Shown here: positions 16,769-26,331 of the stretch, in pieces
How the letters are laid out: each line of letters starts with the position of its first letter
Position numbering within the stretch: the stretch's first letter is position 1
NCBI GenBank assembly: GCA_001303705.1
Contig: LJUI01000001.1
Span: 11,320 to 75,319, forward strand
DNA from: a candidate division TA06 bacterium SM23_40
Lineage (GTDB): Bacteria; LJUI01; SM1-40
Reading direction: 5' to 3'
DNA: 64,000 nucleotides
Translations under genes and position numbers: made by a program
Notes under the pieces: model-generated
What the model was told of the DNA's origin: nothing
Databases searched by the model: none
What the model saw: the letters and a program-made list of their open reading frames with translations, nothing else

Positions 16769-18766
16769 TCACCTGAGGTGAGACAACAGGATCCCGACTG
16801 AAACCTGCCTTTCCAGTAGATACGCGTCCGGGTACTCCCTCATCTCTTCCCCCAGTAGATTGACAACCGCCACCTCTATGACCATCCGGTCCTTCCACAG
16901 ATCATGTGCCAGATATCCGTTAACCAGCAACCGATCATCCACTCTCCCTGTCTCCCACTCCGTGCTGCTCACGAAATGAGACCAGAGCGTCGCCGTGGAT
17001 CTGAACGGCAGGCCCAGATCGACTCCGAGAGAAGCCTTATGCCGTGGCGAAAGACTGAGGCCACTCTCTGTGTCTGGATCCTCGACCCGCTGGTAGCTGT
17101 AAGAACTCAGTACCCGTAGACCTTTCGACGGCGCAACGGAGAGCGAGAACTCACCCCCATAGACTTTTCCGTCTGTTTCGTTCCTATACTCGATGCTCAT
17201 CGGCACGCCTGGTATGGGCGCCGGCGGCGACGGAATCGTCTCAACGACCTTCCGCATGATCAGGTCGGAGAGCTCACAGTGGAACGCCTCAGCCCGCAAG
17301 GTGAACTCCGGCCTCGCAAACCGGTATCCAAGCTCATAGGATATGACTGTTTCGGGCGAAAGCCCTTCATCGCCCCGGACAGAAAGATCGAATCCTGGCA
17401 CTGATGACGTCACGTAGCTGATGTAGGACTCAAGAAACGTGGGATTGAGGAAGGCAGATCCTCCCGACGCACGGATGTAGTGCCCCTTCCACGGATTAAC
17501 GACCATGCTGGCTCGTGGGGTGAGGTGCTCACCTGTCAACTCATGGTAGTCCGCACGCCCTCCCAACAGTATCTCAACGTGCTGTGTCGGCCGCCACTCA
17601 TGTTGAACGTACCCCGCAGTGAGATACTGGACACGATCCCCTCCGAGCAGGTCGCACCTTATGTCATTCCGGCGCATCGAGCCGCCTACGACAAGCCGCT
17701 GCCCCGGACCGAGTATCCTCGAGTACTGTGCCTCGCCGTCGTAGGTCATGATCCGGCCATCCGAACTCCCGTCGAAGATCGAATCAGTCTGACTGAACGA
17801 TATCACGTTAGTGAACATCTGAAGCGAGAGCTCTCCAACGTCAAGATCCACCTCGCCGTATCCGGTCCAACCATCTATCTCGTTGTAGTTGAGGTGGTCG
17901 ATCAAGTACTGGAACTGCCCGTCGACTGCGCCGGCCGATATGGTCAGCATCGCGTTCTGGCCGAACCCTCGTTGTGCCAGCACTGTTACTTTCTTCATGG
18001 CGTACGGTGCAGCTCCCTCGCAAACCTCCCGTTGCCGCCATCCACCTGTGAACTTATATCCCCAAGATCCAATCGTGTCGGCGTGGATCACCGAATTCTC
18101 GAAGAAATGGCGGTCGCCGATCCGTGTCGCCAGCCTTGTGCCGACAGATGACTCGACTGGTCTGGTGACGATGTTTATCACCCCATTGAACGCGTTGGCC
18201 CCGTACAAGGCTGAGCCCGGACCACGGATGATCTCTATACGCTCGATGTCTTCAAGAACCACCGGCAGTGCATCCCACGGCGTGAGGCCGTGGAAGTCCG
18301 CATACACTGTCCGCCCATCAACCATAACCAGCATCCGTTTGGACAGGAGTTGATTGAACCCACGTGCTGTCACCTCCCATTGGTTCGGAGTGACCCGCAA
18401 TACATCGATCCCAGCGATCCCCCGGAATGCATCCGCCAGTCCCAACGTGCCCCATCTTTTCACGTCTTCGCCGGACAGGACGGTAACACTCGATTGGGCC
18501 TCCTCTGGCGACTGGGCACGCATCGCCGGCAGCGTGACGACCTCGACTTCCCTGAAGGCCAGGAGCTCCCTGCCCTTCCCGATCAAGGCCATGCTCTGTT
18601 CTGTCTCGCCGGGGACTTCGTCCGCGGAGAGACTGCACGCCAACAGGACGGAAATGAGTGCCCCACACACCGCAGCCCCCCCCAGCCGGCGCCGGGTCAT
18701 GGCCCCCAATCTCTCATCCCTGGTTCTCATTGGACACCTCTCAGGCAGGTTAGCACTGTGAGTCAA
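16769..18766 (-). CDS. TonB-dependent outer-membrane receptor
   Basis: Plug motifs VTVLSGEDVKRWG...LADAFRGIAGIDV, IERIEIIRGPGSALYGANAFNGVINIVT. Long barrel. Likely true start MTRRRLGGAAVCGALISVLLA at 18700. Confidence 0.85.
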   Translation of the reverse strand: MTHSANLPERCPMRTRDERLGAMTRRRLGGAAVCGALISVLLACSLSADEVPGETEQSMALIGKGRELLAFREVEVVTLPAMRAQSPEEAQSSVTVLSGEDVKRWGTLGLADAFRGIAGIDVLRVTPNQWEVTARGFNQLLSKRMLVMVDGRTVYADFHGLTPWDALPVVLEDIERIEIIRGPGSALYGANAFNGVINIVTRPVESSVGTRLATRIGDRHFFENSVIHADTIGSWGYKFTGGWRQREVCEGAAPYAMKKVTVLAQRGFGQNAMLTISAGAVDGQFQYLIDHLNYNEIDGWTGYGEVDLDVGELSLQMFTNVISFSQTDSIFDGSSDGRIMTYDGEAQYSRILGPGQRLVVGGSMRRNDIRCDLLGGDRVQYLTAGYVQHEWRPTQHVEILLGGRADYHELTGEHLTPRASMVVNPWKGHYIRASGGSAFLNPTFLESYISYVTSSVPGFDLSVRGDEGLSPETVISYELGYRFARPEFTLRAEAFHCELSDLIMRKVVETIPSPPAPIPGVPMSIEYRNETDGKVYGGEFSLSVAPSKGLRVLSSYSYQRVEDPDTESGLSLSPRHKASLGVDLGLPFRSTATLWSHFVSSTEWETGRVDDRLLVNGYLAHDLWKDRMVIEVAVVNLLGEEMREYPDAYLLERQVSVGILLSHLR

Positions 18767-20507
18767 TGCCTTGCGTCTGCGCTACGGCGGCAGGCTCCGT
18801 CTCTCGATGCTCCCTGTACCCACCATCTTTTCGAGGGATTTTGATAGTGAAACGAGTACCCCTTCCCTCCTCACTCGCGACTGCGACCGTTCCCCCATGG
18901 CCCTCGACGATCCGCCTCGAGACCACCAATCCAAGACCCGTGCCCCTCTCCTTCGTCGTGAAGAATGGCTCGAAAATCCGCTCTCTGACCTCTTCACTCA
19001 TCCCACACCCCTGGTCGGCAACCTCTATCGTCAGCCACTGGTCATCGATCCCGGTACTGACCTCCACAGTAGTTCCGCCCTCGCTCGCATCGATTGCATT
19101 GTGCAGTAGATTGAAGAAGACTTCCCTCATCTGATTCCCGTCCACCTCGATCGGCGGCAGACCCGAGGCGAACAGGAATTCAATCGACACGCCATTCTTC
19201 TCGCTCTTCTCGCGAACCGCTCGTCCCACGTCATCTAACAGCCCATTTATATCTGTGGCTCTGAAGTCGGGAACTCTCTTTCGCGCGAAACCCAGAATAT
19301 CTTCGATAATCCGGTCAATGCGCTCGGCCTCCCTCAGGACGACCTCAGCATATTCTCTCCGTTTGTCATCTTCGGATGACTTCTGTCGGATCAGCTGCGC
19401 GAATCCATTGATCGAGTTCAGAGGATTTCGAATCTCATGCGCGACACAGGCTGCCATCTCCCCGAGGATTGCCAGCTGTTGTGCCTCTCTCACTCGCTTC
19501 TCTAGATATCTGGTGGCGGTGATGTCTTTGAATATGGCGATGATGCCGCACGGGCCGTCACCCTCTTCTTTGACAAGCGATGTTGTTATGCCGAGCTGGA
19601 TCGCCGGTTCGCCTTCTCGCACGATTTCGGCTTCTTTGCCGAAGGATAGGCGATGGCTCGAATGGGCATCGACGAGGATCTCGGCGAGGGGCGAGGGGAG
19701 GCCCACCTGGGTGAACGGCCTACCGAGTACTCGGCCAGGTTCCAGACCCGTAGTCTGCTCAGCGGCCTTATTGAAGTTGGTGATGCTCCCAGAACCATCG
19801 ACGATGATGACCCCGCTCGTCATGCTGCTCAGGATGCTCTCGCGGTGCCTGTCCATCGTGCGAGCATCCCGGGTCGCCTTCTCTCCCACCATAGTGGCGA
19901 CCTCGACTTGGTGCTGGAGGTCCTTGATGAAACGCTGCTGGCGTTCTTGTTCTTTCCTGCGCAGCCTTGCCTGGCGCGCGAGCAGGCTACTCGTTGCAGC
20001 AATGACAAACAGAAACGGAATACGGATGAGAAATGCGCCTTCAGTCAGCGCCGCCGCTCCGGATGAACTGAAGACCTGCCATCCATAGAGGATGCTTGCT
20101 ACGGCGCCCGTGAGCATCGAACCCCAGGCATGTCTCCCCGCAGCAGCAGCGATGAAGATGACGAGGAAGTAGATGAGATAGAGGTCGCTCCGGAATCCAC
20201 TCGAGAAGTAAATGGCGGCCGTCACGAACACGGTATCGGCGAGGAAAATGATGTTCAACATGGCCGCTGAGCGGAACCGTCTCCTTGGGATTGCAAGGAG
20301 GCCGAGATTTGAGACGAAGATTGCGATGGCGAGATAGTATCCTGCCGAGGCAAACCGCAGGCCTCTTGTCCCGAATACCATGAGAGCTACAAGCACGAAG
20401 ACAAGTAGCCATCGGAAGATGAGTATGGACTGCTTCTCATCAAGCGAGGCCAAGCTCGGCGATGACAGATGCAAGAGGAACCTCTTTTTTCTCTCTCCCA
20501 TGTTCAC
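18750..20507 (-). CDS. membrane sensor histidine kinase (5-6 TM N-terminal domain, PAS, HisKA, HATPase)
   Basis: Hydrophobic N-terminal ~170 aa. PAS-like ILSSMTSGVIIVDGSGSITNFNKAAEQTTG. H-box CVAHEIRNPL. ATP-lid FFTTKERGTGLGL. Start overlaps the ParA-like stop by 4 nt. Confidence 0.85.
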   Translation of the reverse strand: MNMGERKKRFLLHLSSPSLASLDEKQSILIFRWLLVFVLVALMVFGTRGLRFASAGYYLAIAIFVSNLGLLAIPRRRFRSAAMLNIIFLADTVFVTAAIYFSSGFRSDLYLIYFLVIFIAAAAGRHAWGSMLTGAVASILYGWQVFSSSGAAALTEGAFLIRIPFLFVIAATSSLLARQARLRRKEQERQQRFIKDLQHQVEVATMVGEKATRDARTMDRHRESILSSMTSGVIIVDGSGSITNFNKAAEQTTGLEPGRVLGRPFTQVGLPSPLAEILVDAHSSHRLSFGKEAEIVREGEPAIQLGITTSLVKEEGDGPCGIIAIFKDITATRYLEKRVREAQQLAILGEMAACVAHEIRNPLNSINGFAQLIRQKSSEDDKRREYAEVVLREAERIDRIIEDILGFARKRVPDFRATDINGLLDDVGRAVREKSEKNGVSIEFLFASGLPPIEVDGNQMREVFFNLLHNAIDASEGGTTVEVSTGIDDQWLTIEVADQGCGMSEEVRERIFEPFFTTKERGTGLGLVVSRRIVEGHGGTVAVASEEGRGTRFTIKIPRKDGGYREHRETEPAAVAQTQGIDSQC

Positions 20508-21577
20508 TCAACCTCAACGACTGAACTCAATCGTCCGAATCGGTCGGTCTCCACAGCCGGATTGCTGGGATCGGTGACCCACCGGCCGTCGATCACGAAC
20601 CGGTAGTGGTATCTGCCGGGCTTGAGTGGTGCAACTGCCGTCCACACACCATCGTCTCGGCTCGTCATGATAACCGAATTGGGGACCCACCCTTTGAAGT
20701 CACCGACGAGATGAGCCGACTGAGCATCCGGCGCGACGAGCGTGAAGCAGATGCCTTCAGGTACTCGACGCGGGCCCCTTGAGTCGATCACAGATCCTTC
20801 CTGAAGGCTCCTCTCCTCATCTGCGATCACCTCCCTCGCAAGTGAACAGTAGTCTTGAAAGCCCTGACAGTTGCGGTCGTACTCGCTGATCGCGCACCCG
20901 AAGCTCGCCGCCTCCTTCAATCGCACATTTGCGTGTATCGTTGTCAGGAAGAGCTTTCCTGGGAAGCGCCTTTTCGCCTCATCGATGACTTCGCGCGAAA
21001 GCTTCATCTTGCTATCGACGCACGTCATGAGCAGGCGCACCTCCAGATCGTGGCCGGAGTTCTCACGGATACTCTCTACCATCTCCATGATCTTGCCGAC
21101 GCCGTGGAGGGCGAAGAAGCTGGGCTCGATCGGCACGATCACCTTCCGGGCTGCCTGGAGAGCGTTGAGCGTCAGCAGTCCGAGGTTGGTCGGAGCATCT
21201 ATCACGGTGTAGTCGAAGTCGCGCTCCAGACGCAACAAGGCGACGCGCAGGCGATGTTCTGCGCCTCGCCCGCGCCCCAGCAGGCGCTCGCACCTGGAGA
21301 GACTGGGTGAGGAGGGAGCGAGCCAGAAGTTCTCGCCGCGCTGGACCAGAACCTCATCCAGAGTCGCAGGAACGTCGCCGTCTCCGGCCATCACCTCATA
21401 GACGGTCTTCGTGAGCGCCTCCACATCCACATTCAGTCCCAGAGAAGCATGAGACTGGGGATCCAGATCAACAAGGAGGACGCTCTTTCCCTCTAGCGCA
21501 AGGCAGGCAGAGAGATTGATGGCCGTCGTCGTCTTACCGCACCCGCCCTTCTGATTCGCTATTGCCACTACGCACAC
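20504..21577 (-). CDS. ParA/MinD-family ATPase fused to a C-terminal CBM48/AMPK-beta-type glycan-binding domain
   Basis: Deviant Walker A VAIANQKGGCGKTTTAINLS and LLVDLDPQ. C-terminal 83 aa FTLVAPDAQSAHLVGDFKGWVPNSVIMTSRDDGVWTAVAPLKPGRYHYRFVIDGRWVTDPSNP (20507-20755) is the classic CBM48/E-set pattern. AGGAGG 7 nt before the GTG start. Confidence 0.8.
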   Translation of the reverse strand: MCVVAIANQKGGCGKTTTAINLSACLALEGKSVLLVDLDPQSHASLGLNVDVEALTKTVYEVMAGDGDVPATLDEVLVQRGENFWLAPSSPSLSRCERLLGRGRGAEHRLRVALLRLERDFDYTVIDAPTNLGLLTLNALQAARKVIVPIEPSFFALHGVGKIMEMVESIRENSGHDLEVRLLMTCVDSKMKLSREVIDEAKRRFPGKLFLTTIHANVRLKEAASFGCAISEYDRNCQGFQDYCSLAREVIADEERSLQEGSVIDSRGPRRVPEGICFTLVAPDAQSAHLVGDFKGWVPNSVIMTSRDDGVWTAVAPLKPGRYHYRFVIDGRWVTDPSNPAVETDRFGRLSSVVEVE

Positions 21578-21735
21578 AACCTGGCCTCCTGTTCAGGATC
21601 CACCTCCAAAGACCATCGGTCCAGGCGCAGGAAAAGCCCGAAGTGCCAGCGACGGCTCAAGACTATGACAGAAACGAGGATATCTAAATCTGTCCAATTA
21701 TCGGCTTTCCCGCAATACCTCTCTGCACGGCCAGT

Positions 21736-23025
21736 TCATTTTCTGCGTACCGGCGTAATCCCTTGTGCCGCTGACACATCGACGACATCCTGGCCTGATC
21801 CTTCCTCCTGCCTGGCGATCTCAATCTCCGCTCCGTACAGATGGATGCGCCAGATCGCCCGGCAGATGCCGTCGATCTCTTCGTCCCGCATGGCAGTGTA
21901 CAGCGGAATCGAGAGGAGACTCTCCGATAGGAGTTCGGTCACAGGAAGTGGACTTCTCTGTGTTGCCCGCCACCCGGCGTACGCATCCTGAAGGTGGACC
22001 GGCGGACAGAAGTACTTCCGTGTCGAGACGTTCTCTCGGCCGAGTGCCTCGGCCAGCGTGTCTCGATCGATCCCGAACTCACAGGGTTGGATGAAAAGAG
22101 AGAAATCTTTGTATGTGGTGCGGCAGTATTCAGGTATGTGCTGAAAACAGATGCCGGGAATCGACGCCAGCGCCCGACGATAGCGCAGAGCGATCTCGCC
22201 ACGTCGGCGAACGGTCCCCTCGATCTGCTCCAGATTCCTCCTCGCAAGAAGGGCCGAGATCTCCTGCATGCGGGCATTCAAACCTACGAACCTGCAGTTG
22301 TAGTCACCCGGGTTCCCGTAGTCCCTGCCCATCCGCACTCTCCTGGCAACTTCGCCGGATCTGAGCGAGACGAGCCCCCCCTCTCCCGCCACGAGAGGCT
22401 TCGTAGGGCTGAGACTGAAGACTTCGGCATCGCCGAACGTGCCAGCGTGGCGATCTCCGTAGTAACTGCCAAACGCGTGGGCAGCATCGAATATGAGGCG
22501 CAGTCCGCGGTCACGCGCAATATCCTCCAATGCAGTCATGTCCGGAGGATTTCCGAATATGTATGTGGCGATGATCGCGGACGTCTCTGGAGTCATTGCC
22601 GCCGCCACACAGGCGGGATCGATCGTGTAGGTCTCCGGGTCGCAATCGACGAAGACCGGCTCTAGCCTATTCCAGACGACGGCATGCGCAGTCGCTGCGA
22701 ACGTGAAACTCGGGAGTATGACTTCTCCCCGAAGATCAAGAGCCCTCAGTACCAGCATCAGACCCGATGTACAGCACGAAACCGCCACAACCTCGTCGAC
22801 TTCCAGATACTCTGCAGCCAGTCTCTCCAGTGAAGCTACATGCGTGCTGTTCGTCATCAGCCCGCTCGCGAGCACGTCAGCGATCTCCGCTCCCACGACG
22901 TCAAACCCGACGGTGGTAGGGCGGGCCAGTGGTATCTCTTTATCGAAAATCGGCTCTCCCCCGAGAATCGCCGGCATGTCGTGAATCATCTGCACCCCCT
23001 GATCGGTGGCGAGGGGACTGTTCAT
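21736..23025 (-). CDS. DegT/DnrJ/EryC1/StrS-family sugar aminotransferase
   Basis: AILGGEPIF..., VAVSCCTSGLMLVL, ILPSFTFAATAHAV, DAAHAFGS, FSLSPTKPL (PLP lysine). Confidence 0.9.
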   Translation of the reverse strand: MNSPLATDQGVQMIHDMPAILGGEPIFDKEIPLARPTTVGFDVVGAEIADVLASGLMTNSTHVASLERLAAEYLEVDEVVAVSCCTSGLMLVLRALDLRGEVILPSFTFAATAHAVVWNRLEPVFVDCDPETYTIDPACVAAAMTPETSAIIATYIFGNPPDMTALEDIARDRGLRLIFDAAHAFGSYYGDRHAGTFGDAEVFSLSPTKPLVAGEGGLVSLRSGEVARRVRMGRDYGNPGDYNCRFVGLNARMQEISALLARRNLEQIEGTVRRRGEIALRYRRALASIPGICFQHIPEYCRTTYKDFSLFIQPCEFGIDRDTLAEALGRENVSTRKYFCPPVHLQDAYAGWRATQRSPLPVTELLSESLLSIPLYTAMRDEEIDGICRAIWRIHLYGAEIEIARQEEGSGQDVVDVSAAQGITPVRRK

Positions 23026-25022
23026 CTACCCTGATAGTTCGCACCGACGTTCGTTCCCGCATAATCTCGGTCTAACGGTCCGGGCCAACGTCTGAGGACA
23101 GACGGCTGCGCTGTACCCGGTCTCGGCAAGTCCGAACGGAGCTCTGCTATGTGCTGCCTCATCTCCCGGCCCACAGGACGATACTCGGGAACGAGTGCGG
23201 TCAGCCGCTCCATCACCTCGTCTCGGTCCAGGTCGACGACCTGGCGCGCCAATCTCTCCGCCCGCGTGCAGAATCGCCTGCCATCGAAGGAAGCTGGCAC
23301 GACACTCAAGATCGGCTCAAACGGAGTCGGCTCGACATGCTCGTTCTCATTCCACAGCTCCTCGCGAAGTTTCTCACCTGGCCTCAGACCGACATACTCG
23401 ATCTCGATGTCGCGCCCTGGTTCGAGGCCCGAGAGACGCACGAGGTTTTCGGCCAGATCGAGAATGCGAACAGGCTGACCCATCTTCAGCACAAGAATCT
23501 CTCCCTGTCCGCCGAGCGTTCCGGCTCGTATCACGAGCCGCACGGCCTCAGCGATCGTCATGAGATAGCGCACCGCATCGGGATGAGTCACGGTCACGGG
23601 CCCGCCGAGGCGGATTTGACGTTTGAACAGAGGGATGACGCTTCCTTCGCTCCCCAGAACATTCCCGAACCGGACAGCCGTGAATGAAGTGCTGCTCTGC
23701 TGAGCCATCGACTGTATGATGAGTTCAGCAACGCGTTTGGTCGCGCCCATGATATTAAGAGGGTTGACCGCCTTATCAGTCGATATGAGCACAAAACGCT
23801 CCGTTCCCCATCGGTCTGCTGCTTTGGCGACATTCAGAGTGCCGAGCACGTTGTTCTTCACTCCTTCTCCGACACACAGCTCCATCAACGGAACGTGCTT
23901 GTGGGCCGCAGCATGGAAGAGTATCTGGGGTCGATACTGCTTCATGACGCCACTCACTCGTGGCTCGTCCCGAACATCTCCGATCGCCGGCACGACCCGG
24001 GTGTCCCGCCCCATCGATCTGAGTGTGAGCGTCAGGAAGTACATGTTATTCTCGTTATGGTCGAACAGAATGAGCCGATCTGGGTCGAACTGAAGAAGCT
24101 GCCGGCACAGCTCCTGTCCGATCGAGCCTGCAGCACCTGTCACCATGATCGACTTCCCCCGGTAGGCATCGCCTATTGATTCATCTTCATCCTCCATCGC
24201 CTCGCTCCGGTCTAGCAACTCCTCCTCTCTCACATCGCGAATCTTGCTCAGCTGAACATCCCCACAGATGAGATCACGTATGCCCGGCACGGTCTTGACC
24301 AGCACACCACTACGCCCCGATCTCTTACAGAGATCGACAACGCCCCGTTGCAACTCCCTGGAAGCAGAGGCAACTGTCACTATCACCTCGTCGACGTCGT
24401 GCTGCGCCACGAGCTGCGGGATCTCTTGCGTGGTTCCCAAAATGGGGATGCCATGGATCCGCAGACCTATCTTGTTGATGTCATCGTCGACGAATCCGAC
24501 CGGTACATACCGAACATCAGGGCGCCGAAGCATTTCGCGCACGACGAGTTCTCCTGTATCGCCAGCGCCGACGAACAGCGCGCGGGTCCTCCCTGTCGGC
24601 TGGTCTATTTTTGTGTCGCCTCTGCCGGTGATCTTCTTCCGCAACACCCTCCACGCGAGGCGGCTTCCGCCCACGATGAACAAGCAGAGGACTCCATCTG
24701 TCACGATGATGGTCCAGGGGATCATCGACCCTGCCGTCGCCAACAGGACGACGCCAGATAGGACCGAGCTAACCGCGACAGCCCGCGAAAGACCTATGAG
24801 TTCCCCGATGCTTGCATAATCGAGCAGGCCTTCATAGAGTCTCGACCGATAGAAGGCCAGGAGCCTGAAGACTGCCGTTAGAAGACAGACTGGAAAGAGC
24901 ACTCTCAGGTCAATCTCGCCCACTTGTGCGTCGTAGTGCAGAACGAAAGCGGCCAGCGTGGAGAAGGTAACGAGGAAGAAATCCACAACAATGAGCCGAA
25001 TCCTGCGCGATGAGAGGGACAT
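23022..25022 (-). CDS. membrane-anchored NDP-sugar 4,6-dehydratase/epimerase (CapD/PglF/WbpM family)
   Basis: Four N-terminal TM helices. Second Rossmann motif IMVTGAAGSIGQELCRQLL. ...ISTDKAVNPLNIMGATKR... Confidence 0.9.
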   Translation of the reverse strand: MSLSSRRIRLIVVDFFLVTFSTLAAFVLHYDAQVGEIDLRVLFPVCLLTAVFRLLAFYRSRLYEGLLDYASIGELIGLSRAVAVSSVLSGVVLLATAGSMIPWTIIVTDGVLCLFIVGGSRLAWRVLRKKITGRGDTKIDQPTGRTRALFVGAGDTGELVVREMLRRPDVRYVPVGFVDDDINKIGLRIHGIPILGTTQEIPQLVAQHDVDEVIVTVASASRELQRGVVDLCKRSGRSGVLVKTVPGIRDLICGDVQLSKIRDVREEELLDRSEAMEDEDESIGDAYRGKSIMVTGAAGSIGQELCRQLLQFDPDRLILFDHNENNMYFLTLTLRSMGRDTRVVPAIGDVRDEPRVSGVMKQYRPQILFHAAAHKHVPLMELCVGEGVKNNVLGTLNVAKAADRWGTERFVLISTDKAVNPLNIMGATKRVAELIIQSMAQQSSTSFTAVRFGNVLGSEGSVIPLFKRQIRLGGPVTVTHPDAVRYLMTIAEAVRLVIRAGTLGGQGEILVLKMGQPVRILDLAENLVRLSGLEPGRDIEIEYVGLRPGEKLREELWNENEHVEPTPFEPILSVVPASFDGRRFCTRAERLARQVVDLDRDEVMERLTALVPEYRPVGREMRQHIAELRSDLPRPGTAQPSVLRRWPGPLDRDYAGTNVGANYQGR

Positions 25023-25034
25023 TGGGCCTCCGTA

Positions 25035-25214
25035 TCAGAAGAGTGCGTAGATGAATGGTGCTACGGCAGATCCCTCAGCCAACACGATGAGCAGGCTCAT
25101 CACGATGAGCAACATCAACATCGGAGCGAGCCACCATTTCCGCCTCACCCGCATGAATTGCCAGAGCTCGACGAAGATCGCAGCGCGTGATTGCAGTCGA
25201 CTGAACGCATTCAT
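25035..25214 (-). CDS. DUF5989-like small membrane protein
   Basis: 59 aa, below the track cutoff. Translated by eye: MNAFSRLQSRAAIFVELWQFMRVRRKWWLAPMLMLLIVMSLLIVLAEGSAVAPFIYALF. This is the characteristic LW-F-R-RKKWWL...GSA-APFIY-LF pattern. GAGGAG 7 nt upstream of the ATG. Confidence 0.65.
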   Translation of the reverse strand: MNAFSRLQSRAAIFVELWQFMRVRRKWWLAPMLMLLIVMSLLIVLAEGSAVAPFIYALF

Positions 25215-25290
25215 TGCCTCGCTCCTCGTCTATTGGTCCTGTGAAACAATCCCGCACTATCTCGTTTCTGTCTGGGCTCTGCGTACCACC

Positions 25291-26331
25291 CTACGATGGT
25301 CCCCTCCCGATCGATCCCACGATCAACAACCCACATGCTACGCAGGCGACCCCGATCGCGTAGCAGGCAAGGACAGCTCCCCGGTGGCCTAAGCCACGCT
25401 CTACCATTCTGTTATAGATGTGCCCGAGATCACCCGCAAGTATCGATTGCCGCTGCCGGCGCCGACGGACTATGCTCCACGCCGTGTCGACGATCGGTAG
25501 GCCGAGAATGACGAGCGGCGCTACAAACCAACGCGGATCGTGGCGGTCCGTCACGACGCCGATCATGAGAACGGCGAGCAAGAAGCCGATCAGATTCGAT
25601 CCAGAGTCTCCCAGGAATATCCTCGCAGGGTGGAAGTTATGAAGGAGGAATCCAAGACAGCTTCCCAAGAGAACAAGCGCGAGTCCACTCACGATAGGAA
25701 CTCCCGCCGCCATACCGACTGCGACGAAACCAAGCGCAGCGATAGCGGCAACGCCAGTCGCAAGCCCATCGAGCCCATCGATGAGGTTCATCGCGTTCGA
25801 GCTTCCCAGGACGTAAACCGGTACGATGATGACAGCCAGCGGAGCCGGGAGGAAGTCCGGCCTGATGCCAACGAGAACGAGACAGCCAGCTGCCGCCAGC
25901 TGCCCGATTGCTTTAACCAGTGGGGTAGTGCCCTTCGTGTCGTCCCACAGGCCGACGCACGTCACGATGCCTGCACCGGTCAATACCCCTATCATCTCCC
26001 GCGACCAAGAGATCGCCCCGCTGCCTGCTGCCATCCCCCCGAGCACCGCCACGAGCAGGCCGCCGGCCAACGCCAAGCCTCCTGATCGAGGGATCGGCCT
26101 GGTATGGATCTTTCCCTGTCCCGGGCTGTCGACCGCACCGATTCTCCGCCCCACTCGACCGGCCACGGGGGTGAGAAGAGCTGTGCCTGCCACCGCCACC
26201 CAGAATGGAAGACTGCTGAGGACTGCGCGCAGGCTATCGAGAATCACCAGGTCACACCTCCAATCTTGCCAGTTCCCTCCGGCGGCTGAACCTGCGTCCG
26301 GAGCTCCGTCCTTCACGATCGTTGACCACAT
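25291..26331 (-). CDS. polyprenyl-phosphate HexNAc-1-phosphate transferase (MraY/WecA family, glycosyltransferase family 4)
   Basis: About 10 TM helices. NAMNLIDGLDGLA; IFLGDSGSNLIGF. The first ~25 codons overlap the upstream GT and are probably not translated. Confidence 0.85.
   Translation of the reverse strand: MWSTIVKDGAPDAGSAAGGNWQDWRCDLVILDSLRAVLSSLPFWVAVAGTALLTPVAGRVGRRIGAVDSPGQGKIHTRPIPRSGGLALAGGLLVAVLGGMAAGSGAISWSREMIGVLTGAGIVTCVGLWDDTKGTTPLVKAIGQLAAAGCLVLVGIRPDFLPAPLAVIIVPVYVLGSSNAMNLIDGLDGLATGVAAIAALGFVAVGMAAGVPIVSGLALVLLGSCLGFLLHNFHPARIFLGDSGSNLIGFLLAVLMIGVVTDRHDPRWFVAPLVILGLPIVDTAWSIVRRRRQRQSILAGDLGHIYNRMVERGLGHRGAVLACYAIGVACVACGLLIVGSIGRGPS

Noticed and set aside
21631-21648. 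TGGCAC on the minus strand upstream of the ParA-CBM48 gene (CTGGCACTTCGGGCTTTTCC)
   Set aside because: The -24 element is perfect, but the only GC dinucleotide lies 2 nt too close and there is no TTGC. Sigma54 spacing is strict, so this is not called as a promoter.
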